Assembly: GCA_963808235.1 (NCBI GenBank) | Contig: CAWEEQ010000004.1 | Coordinates: forward strand, 1,888,001-1,952,000 | Origin: an uncultured delta proteobacterium | Lineage (GTDB): Bacteria > Desulfobacterota > Binatia > Binatales > Binataceae | Direction of reading: 5' to 3' | Length of the DNA: 64,000 bases | Shown: piece by piece, positions 39,883 through 50,130 of the stretch | Layout of the letters: the number at the start of each line of letters is the position of its first letter | Position numbering within the stretch: the stretch's first letter is position 1 | The notes under the pieces: generated by a model | What the model saw: only the letters and a program-made list of their open reading frames with translations | The model's database searches: none | What the model was told of the DNA's origin: nothing | Program-made: the position numbers and the translations under genes

Positions 39883-41016
39883 ATGAACGCGCCCAAGCGC
39901 ACTGTCCTTTACGATCTTCACCAAAAACTCGGTGCCCGGATGACGGTTTTCGGTGGTTTCGAGATGCCCGTCAGCTACAGCGGGATTATCGAGGAGCATC
40001 TTGCGGTCCGCACGGCGGCTGGAATCTTCGATCTGAGCCATATGGGTGAATTTGAAATCCGTGGACCGCACGCGCTCGAGACCGTCGAGCGTGCGTTTAC
40101 CAATTCTGCATCGCGGCTGAGCGACGGACAGGCCCAGTACACGATTATGTGCACGGAGGACGGCGGCACCATCGACGACCTGATCGTCTACCGGCTCGGC
40201 GCCGAGCGCTACATGCTCTGCGTGAACGCTTCAAACATCGCGGCGGATCGCGAATGGATTTTGGAACTCAACCGCGGCCGCGCCGAGTTTGAAGATCTCA
40301 GCGATACGATCGCATTGGTAGCGGTGCAGGGACCGTCCGCGGTCGCGATATTGGCAACGCTCGCGGATTTTCCGATCGCAAAGGTCGCGCGCTTCGGCGT
40401 GGCGAGTGGGAAAGTCGCGAACGTTACCTGTCTCGCGGCGCGAACCGGCTACACCGGAGAAGACGGATTTGAGCTGTTCGTGGAAAACAGCGGCGCGGCG
40501 AAATTGTTCGATGCGATTCTAGACACGGGTGCGGGCGCTGGAATCAAACCGGTCGGGCTGGGCGCGCGCGACACGCTCCGTCTCGAAGCGGGGCTGCCTC
40601 TCTACGGTCACGAACTCAATCGTAACTCGTCTCCGCTCGAAGCAGGACTCGTGCCGTTCGTGAAGCTTGGACGTCCGTTTATTGGCGAGCCGGCGCTTGC
40701 GGCTCAGCACAAGAGCGGGATTCCGAAACAATTGATCGGCCTTCGTACCGACGACGGCAAGATGATCGCGCGTGATGGATACAAAGTTTTTCGCGATGGT
40801 CTCGAATCCGGTGTGGTGACCAGCGGATCGTTCGCGCCGTCGATTCAGCGGCCGATCGCGATGGCTTACGTCAGTGCCGGCACGAACCCCGCGCCGGCAT
40901 TGGGTGACACTCTCGAAATCGAGATTAGAAACCGCAAAATTCCCGCGACTGTCGTGCGCCGTCCCTTCTATCGCCGGGACGACTCGCACGCGGCAGCATC
41001 AACTGCGAGCTTGTGA
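39883..41016 (+). CDS. gcvT: Glycine cleavage system T protein
   Basis: FDLSHMGE, IDDLIVY, RTGYTGEDGFE, ARDTLRLEAG. Confidence 0.96.
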   Translation: MNAPKRTVLYDLHQKLGARMTVFGGFEMPVSYSGIIEEHLAVRTAAGIFDLSHMGEFEIRGPHALETVERAFTNSASRLSDGQAQYTIMCTEDGGTIDDLIVYRLGAERYMLCVNASNIAADREWILELNRGRAEFEDLSDTIALVAVQGPSAVAILATLADFPIAKVARFGVASGKVANVTCLAARTGYTGEDGFELFVENSGAAKLFDAILDTGAGAGIKPVGLGARDTLRLEAGLPLYGHELNRNSSPLEAGLVPFVKLGRPFIGEPALAAQHKSGIPKQLIGLRTDDGKMIARDGYKVFRDGLESGVVTSGSFAPSIQRPIAMAYVSAGTNPAPALGDTLEIEIRNRKIPATVVRRPFYRRDDSHAAASTASL

Positions 41017-41064
41017 TTCAATGACTTGGATGAGGAGGCGGCGGGCGAAGGAAAAGCAAATCAC

Positions 41065-42414
41065 ATGAGATTCATGCCACATACCGAATCTGACGTCGCG
41101 GCGATGCTCGATACGATCGGCGCGAAACATCTCGACGATCTCATCGCGCATGTGCCGGCCAGTTTGCGCGCCACCGCGACGATCAATCTCGATCCCGGCC
41201 GCACCGAGGCCGACGTCGTCGCCGAAATTTCCGCGCTCGCGGCGCGCAACCCCGGCGCCTCGGGGTTCGCCAGCTTCCTCGGCGCCGGCTACTACCGTCA
41301 TTACGTTCCCGCCGCGGTCCGCGCGGTGATTGCGCGTGCCGAGTTCGCGACCAGCTATACGCCGTACCAGGCCGAGGCCAGCCAAGGCACCACGCAGGCA
41401 ATCTTCGAATTCCAGACGCTCATCACTCAGCTCACCGCGATGGAAGTCGCCAACGCCAGCATGTACGACGGCGCATCAGCCGCCGCCGAAGCGGTCCTTA
41501 TGGCGCATCGCTTGATGCCGAAACGATCGGTCGTCGCCCTTTCTCGTGCGCTGTGGCCCGAATATCGCGAGACGATTCGCACCTACCTGAGCGCGCTCGC
41601 CGGACTCGAAATCGTCGAAGTCCCGTTTGACGAGGCGACCGGCGCGACCGACGCGGGTGCGCTCGGCCGAATCGCGAACGAACGCCTGCTGTGCACCGTG
41701 AGCGGATATCCCAATGCGTTCGGCATCATCGAGCCGCTCGGCGCGATCGCCGAGATGACGCATCGCGCGGGCGCACTCGCGATTTCCGCCACTGCGGAAG
41801 GCATCGCACTCGGTCTGCTCCGCGCGCCGGGCGATCTGAGCGTCGATATCGCGGTCGGCGAGGGCCAGAGTTTCGGCCTGCCGCTGCAATTCGGCGGCCC
41901 CGGCGTCGGTTTCATGGCCGCGCGGATGACCCATCTTCGCCAGATGCCGGGCCGGCTGGTCGGCCAGACTCGCGATCGCGACGGCCGCCGCGCCTTCTGC
42001 CTGACGCTCGCGACCCGCGAGCAGCACATCCGCCGCGAGCGCGCCACTTCCAATATCTGCACAAATCACTCTCTGTGCGCACTGGCCGCGACGGTCTATC
42101 TCTCCCTGATGGGCCGCGCTGGTCTGCGCGATCTGGCCGAGCAAAACGTCGAGCTAGCGCATCAAGCCGCCGATGTGCTCGAAGCGCGGGGAATCAAACG
42201 ACGCTTTTCGGGACCATTCTTCAACGAGTTCGTTTTGCGAGTCCCCAACGCCTCGAAGGCTCTGGAAGCTGCCGAGCGCAAACAAATTCTCGCTGGGATT
42301 GAAGTCGGCAACCATTGGACCGAAATTCCCGATGGGCTCCTGGTATCGGTCACGGAAATGAACCGGAGCGACGAATTCGGCCGGCTCGCGGCGGCGATCG
42401 CGGAGGTACGGTGA
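41065..42414 (+). CDS. gcvPA: Glycine dehydrogenase subunit 1
   Basis: YTPYQAEASQG, NASMYDGA, TREQHIRRERATSNICTN. Confidence 0.96.
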   Translation: MRFMPHTESDVAAMLDTIGAKHLDDLIAHVPASLRATATINLDPGRTEADVVAEISALAARNPGASGFASFLGAGYYRHYVPAAVRAVIARAEFATSYTPYQAEASQGTTQAIFEFQTLITQLTAMEVANASMYDGASAAAEAVLMAHRLMPKRSVVALSRALWPEYRETIRTYLSALAGLEIVEVPFDEATGATDAGALGRIANERLLCTVSGYPNAFGIIEPLGAIAEMTHRAGALAISATAEGIALGLLRAPGDLSVDIAVGEGQSFGLPLQFGGPGVGFMAARMTHLRQMPGRLVGQTRDRDGRRAFCLTLATREQHIRRERATSNICTNHSLCALAATVYLSLMGRAGLRDLAEQNVELAHQAADVLEARGIKRRFSGPFFNEFVLRVPNASKALEAAERKQILAGIEVGNHWTEIPDGLLVSVTEMNRSDEFGRLAAAIAEVR

Positions 42415-43940
42415 TGGCAAGCGCGGGCAGAATCGTCGTCGTCACGGAAGACGAGACTTCTTCGACGCCGATCAGGATTGAGCCGGTGGCGGGAGTGCCG
42501 CTCATATTCGAGCTTTCATCCGACGGGCGGCGCGGTGCCGACCCATCGCCGCGTGCCGACGGTGCGCGGCGCGGTGCCGAGATCCTGGGCCCGGAGCTCT
42601 GCCGTGAGAATCTGCGCGGATTTCCCGAACTCAGCGAGCCGCAGGTGCTGCGTCATTTCCTGCGCCTGTCGCAACTCAACTTTGCCCAGGCGCTCCAGTT
42701 CTATCCGCTCGGCTCGTGCACGATGAAGTACAACCCGGTCGTCAATGACGAGCTGGCGGCGCTACCCGGCCTGGCCGGACTTCATCCCGAGACGCCAGCG
42801 CATCTCGCGCAGGGTGCGCTCGAATTGATCGCGCGGATGGAAGCGGCGCTCGCGGAGATCACCGGCATGGATGCCGTCTCGATGCATCCCGCGGCGGGCG
42901 CGCAGGGCGAGCTGACCGGCCTGCTGATGGTCCGCGCCTATCATCGTAAGCGCGGCGAGACGCGGCGCAAAGTGATCATCCCGGACACGGCGCACGGCAC
43001 CAATCCCGCAAGCTGCACCCTCGCCGGCTTCCAGGTCGTAGTCGCCAAATCGAACCGTCGCGGATATCTCGAAGCGGCGGAAGTTCGCCGGCTCGTGGAT
43101 GACGACGTGGCCGCAATGATGGTCACGAATCCGAACACGCTTGGAATTTTCGAGCCGCAGATCCAGGAGATCGCCGCCGTTCTGCACGAGCGTGGCGCGC
43201 TGCTCTACCTCGACGGCGCGAACATGAATGCGCTGCTCGGAGTTGCGAAGCCGGGGCACATGGGTGCGGACATCGTGCAGCTCAATCTGCACAAGACTTT
43301 CTCGACACCGCACGGTGGCGGCGGTCCCGGCGCCGGTCCGGTCGCGGTCAAAAAACATCTCGAGCCATTTTTGCCGATGCCGCGCTTGAAGCACACCGTC
43401 GCCGGTTATGAATTCGACACCGACCGCCCCGACTCGATCGGGCGGCTGCGCTCGTTCCATGGTAACTTCGGAATGATCGTGCGCGCGTACGCGTACATCC
43501 TGGCGCTCGGCGGCGATGGTCTCGGGATGGCGAGCCGGCTCGCGATTCTCGGCGCGAACTACGTGCGCACCCGGCTGCAACCGCACTTTCCGAGCGCTAG
43601 CGGCGAGCCTTCGATGCATGAATGCGTGCTGTCGCATGACCTCGAGAAGCGCGCCGACGTCAGCACGCTCGAGATCGCGAAGCGCCTGCTCGATTTCGGA
43701 ATCCATCCGCCGACGATCTATTTCCCGCTGGTGGTGCCCGGGGCACTCATGATCGAGCCGACCGAGACCGAGAGCAAGGAAATCCTCGACCGGTTCATCG
43801 ACGTGATGGAGCGTATTTACGACGAGGCGCTGAACGATCCCGAGCGCGTGAAGAACGCGCCGCAGACGCTGGCCGTCTCCCGCGTGGACGAGGCGGAGGC
43901 CGCGCGGCGTCCGATACTCCGCTGGATGCAGCCGGCGTAG
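42414..43940 (+). CDS. gcvPB: Glycine dehydrogenase subunit 2
   Basis: YPLGSCTMKYNP, HGTNPAS, NLHKTFSTPHGGGGPG, IEPTETES. Confidence 0.96.
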   Translation: MASAGRIVVVTEDETSSTPIRIEPVAGVPLIFELSSDGRRGADPSPRADGARRGAEILGPELCRENLRGFPELSEPQVLRHFLRLSQLNFAQALQFYPLGSCTMKYNPVVNDELAALPGLAGLHPETPAHLAQGALELIARMEAALAEITGMDAVSMHPAAGAQGELTGLLMVRAYHRKRGETRRKVIIPDTAHGTNPASCTLAGFQVVVAKSNRRGYLEAAEVRRLVDDDVAAMMVTNPNTLGIFEPQIQEIAAVLHERGALLYLDGANMNALLGVAKPGHMGADIVQLNLHKTFSTPHGGGGPGAGPVAVKKHLEPFLPMPRLKHTVAGYEFDTDRPDSIGRLRSFHGNFGMIVRAYAYILALGGDGLGMASRLAILGANYVRTRLQPHFPSASGEPSMHECVLSHDLEKRADVSTLEIAKRLLDFGIHPPTIYFPLVVPGALMIEPTETESKEILDRFIDVMERIYDEALNDPERVKNAPQTLAVSRVDEAEAARRPILRWMQPA

Positions 43941-43949
43941 GCGCTGCTG

Positions 43950-44570
43950 CTATTTGCCGGCGAGCCCGGCCATCTTGAGTGCGCGCTGATAGTCCTCGGG
44001 CGTGTTCACGTTGAAGAAGCTGCTGAGCTCCGGGTCGAGGCGCCTGAGTTCCTGCTCGCCGACTCTTCGCGCATTGACTGCGCCGACATTGGCGGTTAGC
44101 CGCTTCTCACCGCTCGCCTCGAGAGCCTCGATCGCGTTGGCGCAACGTTTCCGATAGACGGCGTGCAGCGGCTGGAGCTTGCCGCCTACTTCCGGAATGA
44201 CTGCGTCGAAGTCATCGAGCATTCCGACCAGGTCCGCTGCCACGTCGGAATTCAGCAGCGGCAGATCGCATGAACATGCGAAGGCGACGTCGTGATCGAG
44301 CGCATTCAGGCCGCGCCGCAGCGCGTCCAGCGGTCCCGCGAACGCGGCTTCGTCGTGGACGATCTTCAAGCCGGGAATTTCGACCTTAGGCTGCCCCGCC
44401 GATTCGGGCGCCGCGACGATCACGATTTCATCGAACCACCATTTGAGCTCGATGACTATCCGGGTGAGCAACGGGATGCCGCCGAAATCGAGCGCCGCCT
44501 TGGGCTGGCCCATCCGCGAGCTTTGCCCGCCGACCAGGACGATCGCGCCGGCTTGGTTTGCCAGAGACAC
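43950..44570 (-). CDS. mobA: Molybdenum cofactor guanylyltransferase
   Basis: VGGQSSRMGQPKA, GPL, CDLP, PLHAVY, FFNVNTPED. Confidence 0.9.
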   Translation of the reverse strand: MSLANQAGAIVLVGGQSSRMGQPKAALDFGGIPLLTRIVIELKWWFDEIVIVAAPESAGQPKVEIPGLKIVHDEAAFAGPLDALRRGLNALDHDVAFACSCDLPLLNSDVAADLVGMLDDFDAVIPEVGGKLQPLHAVYRKRCANAIEALEASGEKRLTANVGAVNARRVGEQELRRLDPELSSFFNVNTPEDYQRALKMAGLAGK

Positions 44571-44599
44571 GCGCCGAGTCTAGCAGAGCGCGCTGGAAT

Positions 44600-45225
44600 T
44601 TATGCGGCGGCGTTAAGGCTTGCGATTGCGCGGTTTGCGCGCAGCTCGGTCCCTATAATCCGCAAAACCTCGGGATGGAAAATCAGCGCGAGATGTCCCA
44701 CGTCGTGCAGCACGATGATCCGGCCGAACGCGTCGCGATGAAGCATCTCTTCGATCGGCGCAGGCACGATCGGATCGTCATCGCCGAAAATTCCAACCTC
44801 ATTCGGACTTCGCTGGCCATACGAATACGGCGAGCCGAGCGTGATCAGGGAGCGCACCGCGCCAGTCGGCGCATCGGCCGCGTAACGGCGCGCAATCGTG
44901 CCGCCGAGACTGTGCCCGATAAGATGCACGCCGGTCGTGCCGCCTTTCTCCTCGACCAGGTGCCCAAGATCTGCGGCTGAATCGTCGATCGAGCGCCATC
45001 GCGGATATTCGAAATGAATGATGTTGTCGAATCCCGCCAGACGCAGATAAGCCGACAGCGCGAGCAGATTGGAGCGGCTGCCGCCGAATCCGTGCGCGAG
45101 GATTACCGGCTCGCTGCCGGGCGCGCAGTAGTACGGTTCTGTTTTTCTCAGCAGCCAATCGAGGGGATACGAACTATCAGGGCGCCAGCAGCGGCGATCT
45201 CGGTAACGATGGTTCTAGACTTCAT
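44600..45225 (-). CDS. Alpha/beta hydrolase (esterase/lipase), frameshift near 45175
   Basis: AGGAG SD before MKSRTIVTE; other frame gives YPLDWLL..PVILAHGFGG..VHLIGHSLGG..DPIV..GH. Confidence 0.8.
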
Positions 45226-45421
45226 GTTCCTGACTCCTGGTCCCTCTAACAAAAACGTAACCACGCCATATTCACCGGGCAAGCACTGCGGTGGCGGTTT
45301 GCCGAACGCACGATACGAGCGCACAATGCCCACGAAAACCACGAAAAACCGTCCCGTCAAATTCCACCCTGGTCAAGTTAACCGGCACCGGAATTTGACG
45401 CACCATATCGAGGTAACAGCC

Positions 45422-46309
45422 ATGAGCGAAGCCAAGAGGGAATCCAAGGGCCTTTTGCGCGGATACTTCTTCGACAAATCAGTCCTGGTGACCGGCGCGT
45501 CGAGCGGAATCGGCCATGACGTCGCGCTGGCGTTCGGCCAGCAGGGTGCGCAAGTCGCGATACTTGCGCGACGCAAGTTGCATCTCGACGAACTCGCAAA
45601 AAAAATCGTCAAGGCTGGCGGCAAGGCTCTGGCTCTCGACTGCGACGTGACCGATCGGGCGCGCGTGTTCTCCGCCGTCGACCAGGTCAAGGAGTCGTTC
45701 GGCAAAGTCGATATCCTGATCAACTCGGCCGGATTGCTCATCTCGGACTCGGTCGAGCAGATGCGCCCCGAAGATCTGGAAAAAATGATGGCGGTGAATC
45801 TGTTCGGCGCGGTAAACGCGATGCAGGCCGTTCTGCCACTCATGCGCAAGGCCAAAAGCGGCAACATCGTGAATATCTCGTCGCTCGCGGGACGCCGCGG
45901 CATGACGCCGCTTGCCGGATACAGCGCGACCAAGTTCGCGCTGGTCGGACTGACCGAGGCGCTGCGCGTGGAACTCTTCAACACCGGAATCAAAGTGTCG
46001 CTGGTGATGCCCGGAGTTATCGACACGCCGATGGCGCACGGCGCACTCAAACACGATTCGCTCAAAGACCTGCCCGGCGCGACGTTCGCGATGCCGGCGC
46101 GCTGGGTGACGTGGGCAGTTCTCGCCGCAGCCGCGTTCAGCCTCACCGAAGTGGACGTGCCGCCTGGCGCCGCGGTCGTGGAGAAACTAGCGTCGCTGTT
46201 CCCTAGCGTTACTGACGCGTTCCTGAGCGTCGGCACCAGGCTCATGCAGAGTGCAGGCGCGATGATGGGCGGTGGAAGTAAGTCGGGAGGAAAGTCCAAG
46301 CCGCACTGA
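45422..46309 (+). CDS. SDR oxidoreductase
   Basis: TGASSGIG, NSAG, YSATK catalytic motif. Confidence 0.92.
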   Translation: MSEAKRESKGLLRGYFFDKSVLVTGASSGIGHDVALAFGQQGAQVAILARRKLHLDELAKKIVKAGGKALALDCDVTDRARVFSAVDQVKESFGKVDILINSAGLLISDSVEQMRPEDLEKMMAVNLFGAVNAMQAVLPLMRKAKSGNIVNISSLAGRRGMTPLAGYSATKFALVGLTEALRVELFNTGIKVSLVMPGVIDTPMAHGALKHDSLKDLPGATFAMPARWVTWAVLAAAAFSLTEVDVPPGAAVVEKLASLFPSVTDAFLSVGTRLMQSAGAMMGGGSKSGGKSKPH

Positions 46310-46339
46310 TTCGCGCGGCTTCCACAACGATCCTGCCCG

Positions 46340-47542
46340 CTACGGCCGGCGGCGAGTGCGGAGCCCGGCGATCGAGATCAGCGCCATCAGTGCAGTGATG
46401 CCGAGCGCGAATTCCATGGCGGCGCGCGGACTTGCCACCACGATCGCATGGCCCATGATCCACGGTACGAAGATTCCGCCGAGTGCCCCGCCTGCGACCA
46501 CGATTGACGTCATCCGTCCGACTTCCGAAGGAAAGCGCGCCGCGCCGACCGCAATCATGTTCGGGAATATCGGCCCGTAGCCGAATCCAATCAGAACGAT
46601 CATGGGCGCGGCGAGACTACGCGTGGTCGGTACCGCGATCAAAACTACCAACGCCGCGGCGGAGACCGCGGATGCCAGCATCGTAAATTCTCGCGCGGCG
46701 ATGTAGTGCGCAAGGCGTCCGCCAATCAGGCGTCCCAGAATCAAACCGGCCCAGTAGAGCGACACGCCCCACGACGCAAGCGATTCGTTGAGCGCACCTG
46801 CGGTGCGAAGATACAAAAACAGCCACGCTCCGATCCCGGTTTCGGCGCCGACATAGAGAAACAGCACCGCGCCCAAAACCCAGATGAGCGGGCGCGTCAG
46901 CATCGGGATGAATCCGTCGCCGCGCGCGGCAACCACGCGAGTCTCGATAGTTGGAGTGGTGCCGAGCAGGACAACGATCAACGCTGAAAATGCCGCACCG
47001 GCGCCGAACATGATCGAGTAGCGGATATGGTTCGAGAGCGCGAAGCCGGCGATGATCGGTCCGATCAAGGCTCCTACACCGAACATCACATGCAGATAAT
47101 TCAGCGCTGCGGCGAGGCGGTCGCGATTCAGATCGACGACCATAGCGTTGCTGGCGACGTTGACGGCGCCGTAGCCAAGCCCGGCTACAAACGCCGCGCA
47201 TAGCAGGCCCATAAGCGCGGACGCAAAGCTGAGACCGAACAGGCCGGCGCTCACCAGGAGCATCGACGCGCAGAGCGTGTTCTGCGCACTCCATCGATGG
47301 CTGGTTTCGCCAGCCGCGAGCAACGCGATCAGATAGCCGGCGGCGGTAGCACTGACGATCAAGCCTGCGCTGTCGATTGAAATATGTACGACGCGCGAAA
47401 TCTCAGGAAGAAAAGGGCCAATCCAGCCTGCGTTGATTCCTTCGACAAAGATGCATGAGTAGGCGAGCCAGGTGAGCCGGCGCTCTTGCGATTGCTTCGA
47501 GGAGTGAAGGAGAGCCGACGCGGGAGACGTGACTTGTTTCAA
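46340..47542 (-). CDS. MFS transporter (FucP/TsgA-like)
   Basis: About 12 TMs, LHVMFGVGALIGP, LYVGAE, GPIFP. Confidence 0.88.
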   Translation of the reverse strand: MKQVTSPASALLHSSKQSQERRLTWLAYSCIFVEGINAGWIGPFLPEISRVVHISIDSAGLIVSATAAGYLIALLAAGETSHRWSAQNTLCASMLLVSAGLFGLSFASALMGLLCAAFVAGLGYGAVNVASNAMVVDLNRDRLAAALNYLHVMFGVGALIGPIIAGFALSNHIRYSIMFGAGAAFSALIVVLLGTTPTIETRVVAARGDGFIPMLTRPLIWVLGAVLFLYVGAETGIGAWLFLYLRTAGALNESLASWGVSLYWAGLILGRLIGGRLAHYIAAREFTMLASAVSAAALVVLIAVPTTRSLAAPMIVLIGFGYGPIFPNMIAVGAARFPSEVGRMTSIVVAGGALGGIFVPWIMGHAIVVASPRAAMEFALGITALMALISIAGLRTRRRP

Positions 47543-47687
47543 TTACCCTTGTGGCTTTCGCCCCCGTTTAAGCTTTTCGCCGCCGCAATATCGTACGCCA
47601 ATATTCGCCGGGCATGCGATGCTCTTCAGCGGGCATACTCCACCGCGGTGGCAAGCCGTTGGGTGCCGCAACTGTTGCGCCGTCTCC

Positions 47688-49283
47688 TCAGGGCGTCTCT
47701 GACGGGAAGAGAATGCGATCGATCGCAAGGCGCTCCTGGCGCGATGGATCGTTCTCGACCCGGCTCTTACTGTCGAAGATCATAGTCGCGCGCTCCGTGG
47801 CGGAGTACGCAGGCCAGTGCGGTGCGTTGCCGGTGTTAGGATCGCCCGTTTGAGCGAACGCGATCCAGCGTCCGCTCATCTCGGCGGCCAGCTCGTGCAC
47901 CTCGGGGCTATCGGGCGCGAGGCGGGGCGCAAGCGGCTCACCCGCGTGGTCGAATACGAAAGTGATCTCCAGCGCGTGCGGTGACTTCATTCGGCCGCCC
48001 GCGATCGGCGTCTCCCACTCGAACCGGTAGAGGTACCCTGGCGCACCGCCCTGCTCGCTCTTGCGCTGCGCGATCTTGCGCGAGAACGCACCGGTCGGAT
48101 ATTCGGCGCCGATCAGGAAGAACAGGTCGGATGGAGTCGCGCCGGGATTGGCGCCGCGGAACTCCTCGATCACGCGCGCGGAATTGTCGCGCAGCATGAA
48201 CTTGACACGGCGCTGAAGACCCTCTTCGTCGAGCGCAAAGGCCTCGCGGTCGCCCGCCATGAACAGCGTTGGTTCGGTGCGATTGTAGCCGATCATCACC
48301 GGCACGTCGGCGCACAAAGGTGAGGCCTTGGGGTCGAACGGGTGCTGCTCGAGAGTTTGCTTGTCGACCACTGGAGCAAAGCCCTGCCGGAATCCCACCA
48401 CGCGCCGTCCGAGTTTGCGCTCGACCGCGGCCTGTGCGGCGACGATGCGCTCGACCGCAACGGTCTGGATTTCGCCGACGCGTGCGCGATCGAGGCCCAA
48501 CTCCGCCAGCAGCATATCGGCGACCTCGACCGCACCGGCAGGCTCGAGCATCCGGAATCCCGGACCGCTCTGGATCGCCGCGCGATGAAAGAGTCCCTTG
48601 GCCGAGGGCATCGCGAGCAGGGTCGAGACCTTCGCGCCGCCTCCCGATTCGCCAAAGGTCATAACGTTGCGCGGGTCGCCTCCGAATTGTGCGATATTGT
48701 CGCGGACCCATCGGAGCGCCGCGACCAGGTCGAGCATCCCGACGTTGACTGCCGATGTGAACTGCTCGCCGCCGACTCCGGCGATATAGGTATATCCAAG
48801 CGCGCCGAGCCGATGGTTGACGGTCACCACCACCACGTCACCGCGCTGCGCGAGGCGTTCGCCGCCGTACATCAGAGGTGAGCCTGAGCTCGCGGCAAAG
48901 CCGCCGCCGTGGCACCAGAACATCACGGGACGCTTGCCGCCGTCGCCGAGTCCTCGAGTCCAGACATTGAGTACCAGGCAGTCTTCGCTTTCCTCTATGC
49001 CGTCGGCGTCACCGTACGCGGCGAACCCGCTCCGCGGATCGACCAGACCACGCATCGAGGACGGATTTTGCGGCGCGCTCGGTCCGTAGTCGAAGGCATC
49101 GCGCACACCGGCCCATGGCTGCGGTGCGATCGGCGGCATGAAACGATTTTTGCCGGCGGTTGAAGCGCCGTAGGGAATTCCCCTGAAGATGCTGATACCG
49201 TCGGCGGTTATTCCGCGAACTTTACCACTCGTAGTTTCGACGACTGGTTCCAGCGTCCCCAAGCGCACAGAAGTTGACGCCAT
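47688..49283 (-). CDS. Type-B carboxylesterase
   Basis: EDCLVLNVW, HGGG, FGESGG, PHALEI. Confidence 0.93.
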   Translation of the reverse strand: MASTSVRLGTLEPVVETTSGKVRGITADGISIFRGIPYGASTAGKNRFMPPIAPQPWAGVRDAFDYGPSAPQNPSSMRGLVDPRSGFAAYGDADGIEESEDCLVLNVWTRGLGDGGKRPVMFWCHGGGFAASSGSPLMYGGERLAQRGDVVVVTVNHRLGALGYTYIAGVGGEQFTSAVNVGMLDLVAALRWVRDNIAQFGGDPRNVMTFGESGGGAKVSTLLAMPSAKGLFHRAAIQSGPGFRMLEPAGAVEVADMLLAELGLDRARVGEIQTVAVERIVAAQAAVERKLGRRVVGFRQGFAPVVDKQTLEQHPFDPKASPLCADVPVMIGYNRTEPTLFMAGDREAFALDEEGLQRRVKFMLRDNSARVIEEFRGANPGATPSDLFFLIGAEYPTGAFSRKIAQRKSEQGGAPGYLYRFEWETPIAGGRMKSPHALEITFVFDHAGEPLAPRLAPDSPEVHELAAEMSGRWIAFAQTGDPNTGNAPHWPAYSATERATMIFDSKSRVENDPSRQERLAIDRILFPSETP

Positions 49284-49380
49284 AAAGGTGAGCCTCCCGA
49301 TATTTCGCTCAGCTACTCTTAGCCGAACCTCGGTCGCGGTGTCGAACAGTTATCGGTCGAACTTGTCGAGTAGTGAAATC

Positions 49381-50130
49381 CTACATAAAGTATGGCTTGG
49401 ACAGCTCGTCGAATCTGCCGTACATCAGCCACACCTTCACGTTGAATGCATGCGGATGTTCGACCGGCTCACGGCCAACGGTCTTGAGTCCGAGTTGCTT
49501 GTAGAGTTCGTAGAGCGGCTCGACCGGATTGGTGATCAGCAACTGCGGGCGGCGAGAGAATACAAACAGTCGCGCGGTGTCCGACATCATCTTGACCAGC
49601 CCCTTGCCCTGGTAGTTCGGGTCGATCACCATCCCGCCGAACTCGAATACTTCAGACGCGAGCAGCCCCTTGAACAGTTGCGGAGGATACAGATGACCGA
49701 GCGTGAGCGGCGCTTCGGCAAGGCATCGCGCCCAGAACGCGCCGATCAGCGGAGGGCGTCGACGCTCGCTGCCCGGGCGCACCGAGTAAAGTCCGAAGTG
49801 AATCGCGAGCGGCCACAGGAGCACGTGCACGCGCTTTTCCTGGACGTTCAGATTGCTCCAGGTGCGCTTGTGCAGCGCGGCCAGTTCGCGCAGACCCTGT
49901 GGCGTTCCGATCGGACGAACTTCGAGCCGCCCTTCGAGATCCAGGTTCTTGGGCGGGCGCAGTGGCGGACCGCCGGGCTCGCGCGCAACTGACGGCGGCT
50001 TTTCTTCGGGAGGCTCGTCTGGATTAGGAGAGTCGGCGAGATTTTCAGGGGTGCCCGGTTCCGCGGTGCGGCGATGCGCTCGCGACGAGATCATCGCCTC
50101 GATCAGATCACCGTTCTTTTCCCCCGGCAT
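49381..50130 (-). CDS. GNAT-fold acyltransferase-like protein (start uncertain)
   Basis: EFGGMVIDPNYQGKGL motif A-like, LYKQLGL motif B-like. Confidence 0.65.
   Translation of the reverse strand: MPGEKNGDLIEAMISSRAHRRTAEPGTPENLADSPNPDEPPEEKPPSVAREPGGPPLRPPKNLDLEGRLEVRPIGTPQGLRELAALHKRTWSNLNVQEKRVHVLLWPLAIHFGLYSVRPGSERRRPPLIGAFWARCLAEAPLTLGHLYPPQLFKGLLASEVFEFGGMVIDPNYQGKGLVKMMSDTARLFVFSRRPQLLITNPVEPLYELYKQLGLKTVGREPVEHPHAFNVKVWLMYGRFDELSKPYFM

Noticed and set aside
41017-41064. gcvH remnant between gcvT and gcvPA
   Set aside because: Too short, no lipoyl-lysine motif; cannot be distinguished from an ordinary spacer or a short gcvPA extension
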